NCBI RefSeq assembly: GCF_006345805.1
Contig: NW_021833389.1
Coordinates: 1-28,226, forward strand
Reading direction: 5' to 3'
Length of the DNA stretch: 28,226 bases
Source: Octopus sinensis
Taxonomy: Eukaryota
The notes beneath the pieces are model-generated. The model was not told where the DNA came from. It did no database searches and saw only the letters and a program-made list of their open reading frames with translations. A program made the position numbers and the translations under genes. The stretch's first letter is position 1, and each line of letters opens with the position of its first letter. Positions 1 to 11,358 of this stretch are shown piece by piece.

Positions 1-112
1 ATATGTATAATCTATACATACAAAGATATATACATGTATATGTATATATATATAGGTATATATATATTATATATATATATATAATTATAAATATATATGT
101 ATGAATATATAA

Positions 113-180
<68 letters not shown>

Positions 181-184
181 CATA

Positions 185-220
<36 letters not shown>

Positions 221-241
221 TACATATAACATATATATACA
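1..241. repeat. (TA)n-rich microsatellite
   Basis: Near-pure TA dinucleotide run with CA/TG interruptions. Confidence 0.95.
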
Positions 242-264
242 AAAAGCAACAAGAATGACTCTGG

Positions 265-352
265 TAATTGGTACGATCGTTTCATACTATATCATTTTAT
301 TAAATGTGAGTATTACAACAGTTTAAAATGCTGAGCACTCATCAGCCAATTA
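265..352 (-). ncRNA. Type I hammerhead ribozyme motif (Penelope-like-element type), structurally complete
   Basis: Minus strand reads UAAUUGG-CUGAUGA-GUGCU...AGUAU-GAAAC-GAUC-GUA-CCAAUUA. Helix I is a perfect 7 bp (346-352/265-271), the core is intact, helix II is 5 bp (2 G.U) plus a distal 7-bp CAUUUUA/UAAAAUG stem, helix III is palindromic, and the cleavage triplet is GUA. Confidence 0.8.
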
Positions 353-871
353 TAGAGGTTTTCCATTAATACAAAAATTTTCATATCAAGTGTAATAAAT
401 GGGACGAAGCAAAGTAAACTGTGCATAGCGGAATGGGTGGGGATAGTAAAGGACTCCTTGAGCAGGGGAACTTCCTTAACTCCAGAACAGAGGTCTTTGG
501 ATCGTGCTTGCATTTCAGGAAATTCCTGTTGGCATATTGGAACCCACAAGATAACAGCGTCATTAATGATCGATAGCCAAAGGGAGACAATCCCCTGTTG
601 TTGACATTGATTTGCGAGGTCCTTTCCTCCTCTATTTTCTAGAGAGGCCATATGCCAACATGTTTGGGATCTAATGATACACCATAAGGCTATGTGCTTT
701 ATGGACGTGAAACCCTGGGTAATCCCATAAACCAGCCTTATCTAAATTTATTTATATATATATTGATGTGTGTGTGTGTGTAAATTATGTGTCAATATCT
801 TTTATCTTTTATTTGTTTGTTTGTTTCTGTGAAGAGAACGTGGCCATACTGGGGCACACTCTTAATGAGAT

Positions 872-1113
872 TTTAGTCAAACAAATTGGCCCCAGAATTA
901 TCTTTTTAAGCCTAGTACTTACTTTATCAATCTCTTTGCTGAGCTGCTAAGTCATGGGGACATAAACATACCCATACCAGTTACCAAGCAGTGCTGGGGG
1001 ACAAACGCACACAAATATATATACACAGACAATGGGCTTCTTTCAGTTTCTGATGCTACGGCAGAAGATACTTGCTTAGTGTGCCACACAGTGGGATTGA
1101 ACCCATGCTGCTC
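872..1113 (-). mobile_element. Degenerate copy of tRNA-derived SINE (same family as 24226-24638)
   Basis: Matches the reverse complement of the 24226 SINE (aagcctagtactta, gctgctaagt, ggcttctttcagttt, gtgccacacagtgggattgaaccc). Confidence 0.7.
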
Positions 1114-1282
1114 CAGTCTGTTGGTAAATACATATCAGATACACTTGCATTGTTTTAGGAACAACATCCAACTCATATGAAGTAACAGTGTTGCCATATT
1201 CTTGTGACACAAACCCTGCACTAAGAGAACCAATTCCAAAGAACAGTTATTAATAGCTGACTAATCCCATCTCTCCTCAACC

Positions 1283-1403
1283 CTCTCTCTCTGTCTCTGT
1301 CTGTCTCTCTCTCTGTCTCTGTCTCTCTCTCTCTCTGTCTCTGTCTCTCTCTCTTTATGGTGACTACTTCAATCCATCACCTCCCTCCCTCCCTCCCTCC
1401 CTT
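1283..1403. repeat. (CT)n/(CTGT)n and (CCCT)n simple repeats
   Basis: Direct reading. Confidence 0.9.
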
Positions 1404-1604
1404 CCTAAATTAATGCTCTGTATGAGGACACCTTCTTACCATACAGTTCTTTGAGAAGCTAGTATCAGCAGAACTTCAAAGCAGAAACGGTGCCTCACAC
1501 AATAAATATTGTTTTGATTTTATAATCAGTGTTATCGTCTTTTATCTTGTGCATGTTTCATGGACTTTCTAGACACAAACCCATAAAACAGGGTTTTTAT
1601 AATA

Positions 1605-1650
1605 TTTATATATACATTACACACACACACATTATATTATATATAATATT

Positions 1651-1699
<49 letters not shown>

Positions 1700-1749
1700 C
1701 TAATATATTTCATAATATATATATTATATATATATTTTCATAATATATA

Positions 1750-1791
<42 letters not shown>

Positions 1792-1955
1792 AGTGGTGTG
1801 TTGTATATGTATTCATGTATGTGAGTGTGACTGTATATGCACAATATACATACACATATACAAATATATAAACATAACTCACATACACATATATATTTAA
1901 ATATATTCAATATAAATATATACATACAATATATGATTACATATATATAATATAT
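1605..1955. repeat. (TA)n/(CA)n compound microsatellite
   Basis: Direct reading. Confidence 0.9.
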
Positions 1956-2246
1956 CTCTGTCATCATCATCATCGTCGTTTAACGTCCGTTCTCCATGCT
2001 AGCATGGGTTGGACGGTTCGACCGGGGTTCTGGGAAGCCAGAAGGCTGCACCAGGCTCCAGTCTAATTTGGCAATGTTTCTACAGCTGGATGCCCTTCCT
2101 AACGCCAACCACTCCGTGAGTGTAGTGGGTGCTTTTTACGTGCCACCTGCACAGGTGCCAGGCGGGGCTGGCAACGGCCACGGTCAGATTGGTGTATTTT
2201 ATGTGCCACCGGCACGGAAGCCAGTCGAGGCGGTGCTGGCATCGCC

Positions 2247-2705
2247 GAGTCGGATAGTGCTTTTTACGTACACCAGACCAGGGATCCTGGCTGGGTCAAT
2301 TCGATTTCGATTTCGATTTCGCTTGCCCCAACATGTCTTCACAAGCAAAGGGTTGGCAAGGGTGCCTGTCGTACGGTCGCATTGGAGTATTTTACGTGCC
2401 ACGGCCACGAGTCGGATAGTGCTTTTTACGTACCACCAGACCAGGGATCCTGGCTGATTCAATTCGATTTCGATTTCGCTTGCCCCAACATGTCTTCACA
2501 AGCAAAGGGGGTTGGCATGGGTGCCTGTCGTACGGTCGCATTGGAGTATTTTACGTGCCACGGCCCCGAGTCGGATAGTGCTTTTTACGTACCACCAGGC
2601 CAGGGATCCTGGCTGGTTCAATTCGGTTTCGATTTCGATTTCGATTTCGCTTGCCCCAACATGTCTTCGCAAGCATGGGGGGTTGGGATGGGTGTCTGTC
2701 GTCGG
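2247..2705. repeat. ~160-bp tandem repeat (about 2.8 units) within the RTE 3' UTR
   Basis: Units start with GAGTCGGATAGTGCTTTTTACGT at 2247, 2409 and 2568, each with a variable number of GATTTC hexamers. Confidence 0.92.
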
Positions 2706-2785
2706 ATGAGGTTCTATATCGACTTCGCTTGCCTCAACCAGTCTTTGTGTCCAAGGGAGGAAAGGCATTCATAAGTGGGCTGGGC

Positions 2786-5640
2786 TCACTTGTCCTGCCT
2801 GGTCTTCTCACGTACAGAATATTTCCAAAGGTCTCGGTCTCTGGTCATTTCCTCAGTGAGGCCTAAAGTTCGAAGGTCGTGCTTCACCACCTCGTCCCAG
2901 GTTTTCCTGGGTCTACCTCTTCCACGGGTTCCCTCAACTGCTAGGGATTGGCACTTTCTCACACACCTATCTTCATCCATTCTCGCCACATGACCATACC
3001 AGCGCAATCGTCTCTCTTGCACACCACAACTGATGCTTCTTAGGTACAACATTTCTCTCAAGGTGCTAACGCTCTGTCGAGTATGTACACTGACATTACA
3101 CATCCATCGGAGCATACTGGCTTCATTCCTCACGAGCTTACGCATGTCCTCAGCAGTCACAGCCCATGTTTCGCTGCCATGTAGCATGGCTGTTCGTACA
3201 CACGCATCATACAGTCTGCCTTTTACTCTGAGCGAGAGGCCTTTAGTCACCAGCAGAGGTAAGAGCTCCCTAAACTTTGCCCAGGCTATTCTTATTCTAG
3301 CAGTTACACTTTCAGCGCACTCACCCCCACTACTGACTTGGTCACCTAGATAACGGAAGCTATCAACTATATTTTTAGTTTTCCCCCTGGAAAGTGACGG
3401 AAGTTGTTTTCTGCAGATTTTCGGAGGTTAATGCTCCGAGCATCTGCCACATACAAAAACTATCTTCCCAGTTAGCCTACCTTTGACATTGCTGCACCTC
3501 TTATGTGTCCATAGCTTACACTGGGTACATCTTATAGAGTTTCTACCTACACCTTTTCTACAGATCGAGCAGGGCCATCTTCCTGAAGATATTTGTGGAT
3601 TGTCTACCTTTCTATTTATTAGTACTTTGGTTTTAGCTAGGTTGACTCTAAGGCCCCTTGATTCTAAACCCTCCTTCCACACCTGGAACTTCTCCTCCAG
3701 TTCTGATAGTGACTCAGCAATAAGAGCAAGGTCGTCAGCGTAGAGGAGCTCCCAGGGACAGCCTGTCTTGAATTCCTCCGTAATTGCCTGGAGTACTATG
3801 ATAAATAGGAGGGGGCTGAGTACTGAACCCTGGTGGACCCCAACCTCTACTTTGAATTCTTCTGTGTACATGTTGCCAACCCTAACCTTACTTACGGCAT
3901 CTCTGTACATGGCTTGCACAGTCCTCACCAGCCATTCATCTATCCCTAGTTTCCTCATTGACCACCAGATAAGGATCGGGGGACCCTATCAAAAGCTTTC
4001 TCCATGTCAACGAAAGCCAGGTACAGGGGCTTATCTTTGGCTAGGTATTTCTCTGCAGCTGCCTTACCAGGAATATAGCATCAGTGGTACTTTTTCCTGG
4101 CACGAACCCAAACTGCATCTCATCTAAACTAACTCTCTCTCTAATTAGTTGGGCTATGACCCTCTCCGTAACCTTCATTACTTGATCCAACAGCTTGATA
4201 CCTCTGTAATTATTTGTATCTAGGGCATCACCTTTACCTTTGTAGCAGTTGACTAGTATGCTGCTGCCACCAGTCATTGGGTATGACTCCTTCGTGTATC
4301 ACCTGGTTGACTATACGGGTGACTAGGTTATAGCCGACACTGCCAGATATTTTGAGCATCTCTGCAGTATTCCTGATGGGCCTGGGGCTTTCCCTGTCTT
4401 CATGCTTCTAATTGCCTTAGCTACCACGGAACTATCAACTCGGATAGCTGGTCCCTCTGTAGGGTCAACATTCGGCAGACTCTCTTTATCCCATTCATTT
4501 TCCTCATTCAGTAACCTTTCATAGTGGCGTCTCCAAGCTTCTCTCTTTGCATCCTCATTTAGCGCAAGTGAACCATCCTCCATGCGAACACATTTCTCTC
4601 CTACCACATCACGATTCTCTCTCACACACTGTCTTGCAACACGAAATACCTCAAGTCTTTCATCCTCACGGCGCAGGACATTGGCAAATTTTCTCTATCT
4701 GCTTCCCCTCTGGCTAGATAGACCTGTCTCCTAGCTTCCCTTCTGGCAGTCTGATACCCTTCCTGCTACCACCGTTCTTCCAGGCCTTCCAAGCCTGTTT
4801 CTTTTGTCTAATAGCCCTGTCAACAATATTGTTCCACCACCACGTTATTTTGGGTCTTAAGGGGACTTTGCACCAGCCACAGATCTGGTCAGCGGCTTTC
4901 AGCAGGTTGTCCCTCAGAAACGTCCAGTTGTCTTCTACCCCATGTGTAGCTATACCCCCTTCCACTTCGTCAAAGGCTTCAAGTAACATATCTCTAAATC
5001 TCTGTCCATTCGCAGGGGCTTTAAGCTTCCAGACCCTTCTTCTCCATGTTGGTCGTCTTCTAGTCGCCCTCTTAGTCCTGATCCTAAAGTCACTAACTAC
5101 CAGTCTATGTTGTGGGGTGCATTCTTCGCCTGGGAAGGTTTTGGCATTTTTAAGCAGCCATCTTTCCCTTTTTCTGGCAAGGATGTAGTCGATTTGGCTA
5201 GTATGCCGGCCCGATCGGTAGGTGACCAGGTGGCTTGTTGGTTTCCTGAAGTTAGTGTTGCAGACCATAAGACTATTCGCATCGCAGAACTCCAGCAGCC
5301 TGGTTCCCTCCTCGTTGCGGGAACCATAACCGTAGCCTCCATGTACGCCATGGAAGCCCCCAGCATGTCGTCCAACATGCCCATTGAAATCACCAGCCAC
5401 AAAGAGAAGGTCCCTGTCGTTCGTCGATGAGGTGGTCTGCAGTAGGGTGTCATAGAAACTGTCTTTCTGTCCATCGGGTAGCCCTGGCTGAGGGGCATAG
5501 GCCGATATAATGGTTGCTAATCTATTATGAAGCACTATTCTAATCTTAAGTATTCTGTCACTTACTCTGATTACCTCAATTAATCTATCTATCCATTTCT
5601 CAGCGATAATTATACCCACACCACCAACCCCGTCATGTAA
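2786..5640 (-). pseudogene. RTE ORF (APE endonuclease + reverse transcriptase) broken by about 5 frameshifts
   Basis: EN motifs GVGIII, ISAYAPQ, GDFNGHVG, SQIDYIL, QHRLVV. RT motifs KAPGPSG, NYRGIKLL, QFGFVPGKSTTDAIF, GVHQGSVLSPLLF, LLYADDL, FRYLG. RTE C-terminal motifs HGSETW, LRWYGHV, RGRGRPRKTW. Confidence 0.92.
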
Positions 5641-5659
5641 ATATTTATCTATCTTTCAG

Positions 5660-5811
5660 TTCATATGTGTATGTGTGTGTGTATGTATATATATATCTGT
5701 ATAATGATGGCGATATATATATATCAATGACACCTTCAATATATAGATATATATATTTAATGATACCTTCGCAAATTAATATATATATATTATACACATA
5801 TGTGTATATAC

Positions 5812-5870
<59 letters not shown>

Positions 5871-5881
5871 AATGTGTGTGT

Positions 5882-5918
<37 letters not shown>

Positions 5919-5935
5919 GTATATATATGTATATG
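5660..5935. repeat. (TA)n/(TG)n microsatellite
   Basis: Direct reading. Confidence 0.85.
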
Positions 5936-6898
5936 TCATCATCATCATCACCAACATCATCGATTAATGTCCGCTTTCCATGCCAGCATGGGTTGGATTG
6001 TTTGACTGAGGACTGGCGAACCAGATGGCTGCACCAGGCTCCAATCTGGTCCGGCAAGGTTTCTACAGGTTGATGCTCTTCCCAACGGAGATCACTCCGA
6101 GAGTGTAGTATTTTTACATGCCACTGGCACGAAGGCCTGTCAAGCTGTACTGGCATCAGTCACGACAATGATTTCACTTGACTCAACAGGCCATCTCAGG
6201 CATATTCTATTGCCCATTGATTGAAGGGTACTTTTAAATGTGTTGGTTATGCGATACTGGCATATACCACGGTTACGGTTGCAGTTGGCTTGCCTGCTCT
6301 TCCTAATTACAGCAAATCTCCAAAGGTCTTGGTCGCTTGTCATTGCCTCCGTGAGGCCCAATATTCAAAGGTTGTGCTTCACCACCTCATCCCAGATCTT
6401 CTCGGGTCTACCTCTTCCACAGGTTCCCTCCAGTGTTACGAGGTGACACTTCTTCACACAGTTGTCTTCATCCATACACAGCACATGACCATACCAGCGC
6501 AGATGTCTCTCTTGCACACCACATCTGATGCATCCTATGTCCTCCTTTTCTCTCAGAGCGCTTGCACTCTGTCGTGTGTGCACACTGACATTACACATCC
6601 ACCAGAGCATACTAGCTTCATTTCTTTCAAGCCTACCCATGTCTTCAGCGGTCACAGCCCATGTTTCACTGCCATGTAGCATGGCTGTTTGCATACATGC
6701 GTCATACAGTCTACCTTTCACTCTGAACGAGAGGTCCTTTCTTACCAGCATAGGCAGGAGCTCTCTGGACTTTGCCCAAACTATTCTTATTCTAGCAGCT
6801 ATGCTCTCAGAGCATCCACCCCCACTGCTGACTTGGTCACCTAGGTAACGGAAGCTATAGTGATGCACCTCTTATGTGTCAATAGCTTACACTGGGTA
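5936..6898 (-). mobile_element. Second, older, more truncated copy of the same RTE family (RT C-terminus + 3' UTR + (GAT)n tail)
   Basis: ORF 6365-6868 (SFRYLGDQVSSGGG...HGSETWAVT...LRWYGHV...GRGRPEKIWDEVVKH) aligns with 2786-3360, and the tail matches 1961-2150. Confidence 0.9.
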
Positions 6899-7265
6899 TG
6901 TGTGTGCATGTATATATACATACATACATACATGCATACATACATATATATGTGTGTGTGTGTGTATACATGTAGATAGATAGATACATACATAGGCACA
7001 TAGATTGATGGATAGATTGATACATATACACATGCATACATACATTTATACATACATACAAACTTACATATATGCATACATACATACATACTCACACACA
7101 CACATACATACATACATAAATACATACACACACACATACAAACATACATACACACATACATACACATACATGCACATACATACACACATACAGACATACT
7201 CACACACACACACATAAATACATACATACACACACACATACATACGTACATATATGCATACATAC
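6899..7265. repeat. (CA/TACA)n compound microsatellite
   Basis: Direct reading. Confidence 0.9.
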
Positions 7266-8004
7266 ATTTGTGCTTGTTTGCTGCTTTGCTGAAGCGTAGC
7301 TGATAACTGAGTGCAAGTGTTGCGTTATTAGTCAGCAGTGACCAAACTCTTCCTTTCACCAACTCTCTCCCCAATACAAAGCCTGGACACAAGCATTGCA
7401 GGACAAGCCCACACCCTGTCAAATGGACAGAGGGTCAACAACTGACTAGCATCAGTGGTGTGGAGGACAGAGATGTACTTGAGATGGTGAGCAAATGCAT
7501 GGGTAATGTGTCGAGTGAGGGGCTTCTGGCCCTTGCTGGAATACTTGTCTGAGAGTGGAATAGGGGGGTAATTAAAGGGGTAAATAGAAGGTAGACAGAG
7601 CTTCTGAACCAGGGTATGGGAAAGCAGACTGGCAGAAAGAAAGGACTCTAAAATAAAAGACTTGCGCTCGCTCCTCTGGGGATTTTTTGGGAAGGGCTTC
7701 GGAGCTGACTTTCCAACAACTTTGGCCACGTTTTTGACTTAACATCCCTTCCATTTGTGGTCACACAACACACACACACACTTACAAACACACACACATT
7801 CACACTCATACATACTGACATGCACATGCACTCTCTCTCAAACACACACACACATTCACACACTCACTCACACACTCCCTGCTGTGCATCCCTTTTACAC
7901 AAAGTAATCTACAACAGTAAATAGTTTATCCCACATTTATTGGGCTATCACACACATGTGATATCCAAAGAACCTCAAGTGATATGATCATTAATATCCT
8001 ATAA

Positions 8005-8019
8005 TGATATATATATATG

Positions 8020-8050
<31 letters not shown>

Positions 8051-8057
8051 ATATATG

Positions 8058-8140
<83 letters not shown>

Positions 8141-8143
8141 ATA
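8005..8143. repeat. (CA)n(TA)n microsatellite
   Basis: Direct reading. Confidence 0.9.
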
Positions 8144-8413
8144 CAGTAGTACCTCGGTTTTCAAACACCTCTGATCAAGAATAAATTGTGCTTTATTTCC
8201 TGTCTTTCTCAGATTCATTTAATACAGTAGTACCTTGGTTTATGAATGCTTCTGATCGTGAATAAACTGTGCTTTATACATATATATATATATAATATAT
8301 ATATACACACACACACACACATACATATATACATGTATATACATATATATATATATATATAAAAAGCACAATTTATTCATGATCAGAGGTGTTCGAAAAT
8401 TGAGGTACTACTG
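8144..8413. mobile_element. MITE with 51-bp TIRs, Tc1/mariner superfamily (pogo/Tigger-like CAGTAG ends)
   Basis: TIRs 8144-8194 and 8363-8413 (4 mismatches), flanked by TA on both sides, with a third internal TIR copy at 8225-8275. Confidence 0.8.
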
Positions 8414-9150
8414 TATATATATACATATATATTATAGTTGTCCACATAAACCGTCATTAATATAAAACAATGATATATAAACGATATACATATTCACTGG
8501 TTATCAGTAGATGAAGCATCATTTAAATATTACATCTCATGTTTTATTAGGTTTGATATGAATATAATATGAATATAAATATAAATTATAAATTGGGAAA
8601 TACACACACACACACACATCATTGTATGTTTTCTTCTGTTCTTAATTATATAAATTCTACCCCTGAGCAAGGAGCTGGTTGCTAACATAGATACAAAGCT
8701 CCACTGTTGGAATGTAGATAATGAAAACAAAATCACATTTTAAACTTGAGAAATGTAGAAGGGTGAATATAAACAGAAAAGACAAGGAAAGAAAAGAAAG
8801 AAAATTAGAGTGATGTCATCTTTGACTGTAAATCCATAATTAAGCTAGTTGTTGCAGAATAATTCAACAGAGAGGGGTCCAAAGTCTGCAGGACAACTGC
8901 TTAATTCAGAGAGAGTGGTGTCCTTCAGTTTACCAAAAGAAATTTATACATATGCTTGCATTTGCTGAAAATTTCTGATCTGGAATTTGATAACATGCAG
9001 AAGTTGATCAGTAATACTGAATGACCATTCAATATTAATGATCAACTTCTAATTGTTACCTGTTGCTCCATTTTTTCTCTTCTATATATATATGTATGTG
9101 TGTGTGTATGTGTGTGTGTATACATGCATATATATATATATATATATATA

Positions 9151-9355
9151 GTTAATCCAAACATGAAAACACAAAGAGAAAACAACAACGCAAGGACGTG
9201 GAGCAAGTATAGAGTTATTGGATGCTCAGGAAGGGAAAGAAAGAAGGAGGATTTAACGTTTCGAGCGGAGCTCTTCATCAGAAACATAGAAAAAGGAAAG
9301 GTCCAAGGAAGGGAAGACAGAGGGAAAAAATTGCCAACGATACACACGCAGTCAC
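9151..9355 (-). mobile_element. Short non-coding repeat carrying a minimal hammerhead motif (family copy 1)
   Basis: Homologous to 22365-22568 over its full length. Both copies end in ...GTTTGGATTAAC-(TA)n. Confidence 0.7.
9251..9285 (-). ncRNA. Minimal hammerhead motif lacking a helix III loop (putative dimer-type)
   Basis: GUUU-CUGAUGA-A-GAGC-UCC-GCUC-GAAAC-GUU-AAAU, with a 4-bp helix II, palindromic AACGUU and a weak helix I. Confidence 0.5.
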
Positions 9356-9488
9356 ACACACACACACGCATATATATATATATATATATATATGTGTATA
9401 TGTATGCATGGGTGTGTATGTGTGTGTGTTATGTATTTTTTTAATTTCATGTTATTCATTTTCATCTTAATTTAAACATATTTAAACA

Positions 9489-9730
9489 CAGTTCAATCCC
9501 ACTGTATGCTAATTTGGGCAAGTCTTTTCTGTTGCCTTGGGCTGACCACATCCTTGTGAGTGGATTTGGTAGATGGAAACTGAAAGAAGCCCCCATCATA
9601 CATATATATATACACACACACACACATATAAAATTATGTGTGTGCCTGTGTTTATCCCCCACCACTGCTTGACAACCAGTGTTGGTGTGTTTATGTTACC
9701 AAAACTTAGCAGTTCAGGGGAAGAGACTGG
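9489..9730 (+). mobile_element. Degenerate tRNA-derived SINE copy (5' end eroded)
   Basis: gttcaatcccactg, ttgggcaagt, ccttgtgagtggatttggtagatggaaactgaaagaagcc and gcttgacaacc match the 24226 SINE. Confidence 0.8.
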
Positions 9731-9834
9731 ATGGCCATGGATGGAATGCCTTTGATCAAAGAGCTACTTGATTATGGTTGACTTGAGTTAAAGAACAATT
9801 ATAACATCTGGATTGCTTATCAGATGTTGCTGCT

Positions 9835-10700
9835 CTGTAGCCCCAGGTCAGTCCTGATCCAGCAGACCTATGATCAAAGATATTCCAGCTGTGACCATCC
9901 CATCATTTACTCAGATAAATGTATCTAGGAATACATAATTTAATGTACAATTTGTAGGTAGTATGGGTGGTTATAGTTTTTGTTGTTATTTGAGTGTTTA
10001 ACCCTGAGAGTGTATCTAGGAACACAGTTTCACTTTTTTAAGATATCAAAGTGATTCGAAGGAGACTTGGCTGCTATTTCTAGCGGGTAAATGATCACAT
10101 TCAGATTCTCTTGTATGCTTGTTTCTCTTGATTAGTTAGAAATTGGTAAGGGGAAAGTGGTATGGCTGCTTGGAGTGACTCTTCCCCTCGCATATCACAG
10201 GTATTTATAGAACTAACCTAGACCTAGTAACAATCCTATAATTCTGTTATTTTATTCTTTCACTGTGGCCATACTGGAGCACCACCTTCAAAGACATTAT
10301 AGAATATATGCTGAAACATAGCAGTTGATTGGGATCGGTTTTGAGGGTTCCAATTTCTCCTGAGTCAGGTTTGAGTTCAAGACGTAGGCCAAAGGTCACT
10401 TGGCATTTAGAATTCCAAAGTCATGGGTTATAAGAGCAAATCTTAGGTATTAGGTATTATGACCCTACTTCACCTAATTCTACAAAAACAGACCCTCATC
10501 TGGGAATCTTACTGATGTTTGCTATTGTTGTTGTTGTTGTTTTGGCCCCAGATCAGCTGGAATCCATCAGACTGAGTATCTAACAGATTTGAGATCTGAT
10601 TATTCCATCTTTTTTGGACATCAGGGACTACACTGAATGTGTAGAATGTGATTTGAGGGAGATTTGGCTGTTATTTCTAGTAAAAGCAAGTGACATCACA
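9835..10700. repeat. Two diverged copies of an unclassified repeat (~9835-10100 and ~10540-10700)
   Basis: Shared blocks gccccag.tcag, atcca.cagac and gtgatt.ga.ggaga.ttggctg.tatttctag in the same order. Confidence 0.55.
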
Positions 10701-11051
10701 GAGGTTCATTGTGGTTGTTCATTACTTATGACTACATGTAAGGTATCTAGGCTAGACTAGCATCCTTCCCTGGAGAACTATGGTCTCCCTTCCATTCCAC
10801 AAATATTTAAACAGAGAATCAAATGTCTGCTGTGTCCAGACCCTATGGAGATGGAACGGGGTCAGGGGTGGACTACCTGGCACATTGCTACACTGGGTCA
10901 TAATCACCACCACCACCACCACCACCACCACCACAACCTCACTGCATATAGCTGTGTGTGGAGGGATTAGGTAACATGAGCAATCAATGAACCATCCTGT
11001 ATAGATATCCCATTGTTGGGTATGTGTGAGTGTATATATATATATATATAT

Positions 11052-11096
<45 letters not shown>

Positions 11097-11207
11097 TTGC
11101 TATGTTTTTGCATAGATATAAATATATGTATGCATGTATACATGTATGTTTGTATGTATATATATCTATCAATATATATATGTATATACACACACACACA
11201 CACAAAC

Positions 11208-11314
11208 ATACATAAATAGATTGCTTTCTATGTATTTGCACACACACACACACACATATATATACATACACACACACAGATATACATAAATAGATTGCTT
11301 TCTATGTATTTGCA
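11208..11314. repeat. 33-bp exact direct duplication inside a microsatellite field
   Basis: ATACATAAATAGATTGCTTTCTATGTATTTGCA at 11208-11240 and 11282-11314. Confidence 0.9.
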
Positions 11315-11321
11315 TATACAC

Positions 11322-11358
<37 letters not shown>

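Larger units (their letters stand above)
1961..5645 (-). mobile_element. RTE-clade LINE, 5'-truncated within the endonuclease, with ~820-bp 3' UTR ending in a (GAT)n tail
   Basis: Collinear EN-RT fragments at 5640-2786 run directly into a 3' UTR ending ...GGACGTTAAACGACGATGATGATGA. The same ORF-to-UTR junction occurs in the copy at 5936-6898. Confidence 0.93.

Noticed and set aside
313-651. 112-aa minus-strand ORF as a host gene
   Set aside because: No recognisable domain. Its last ~25 codons are hammerhead-element sequence, and there is no splice or codon evidence.
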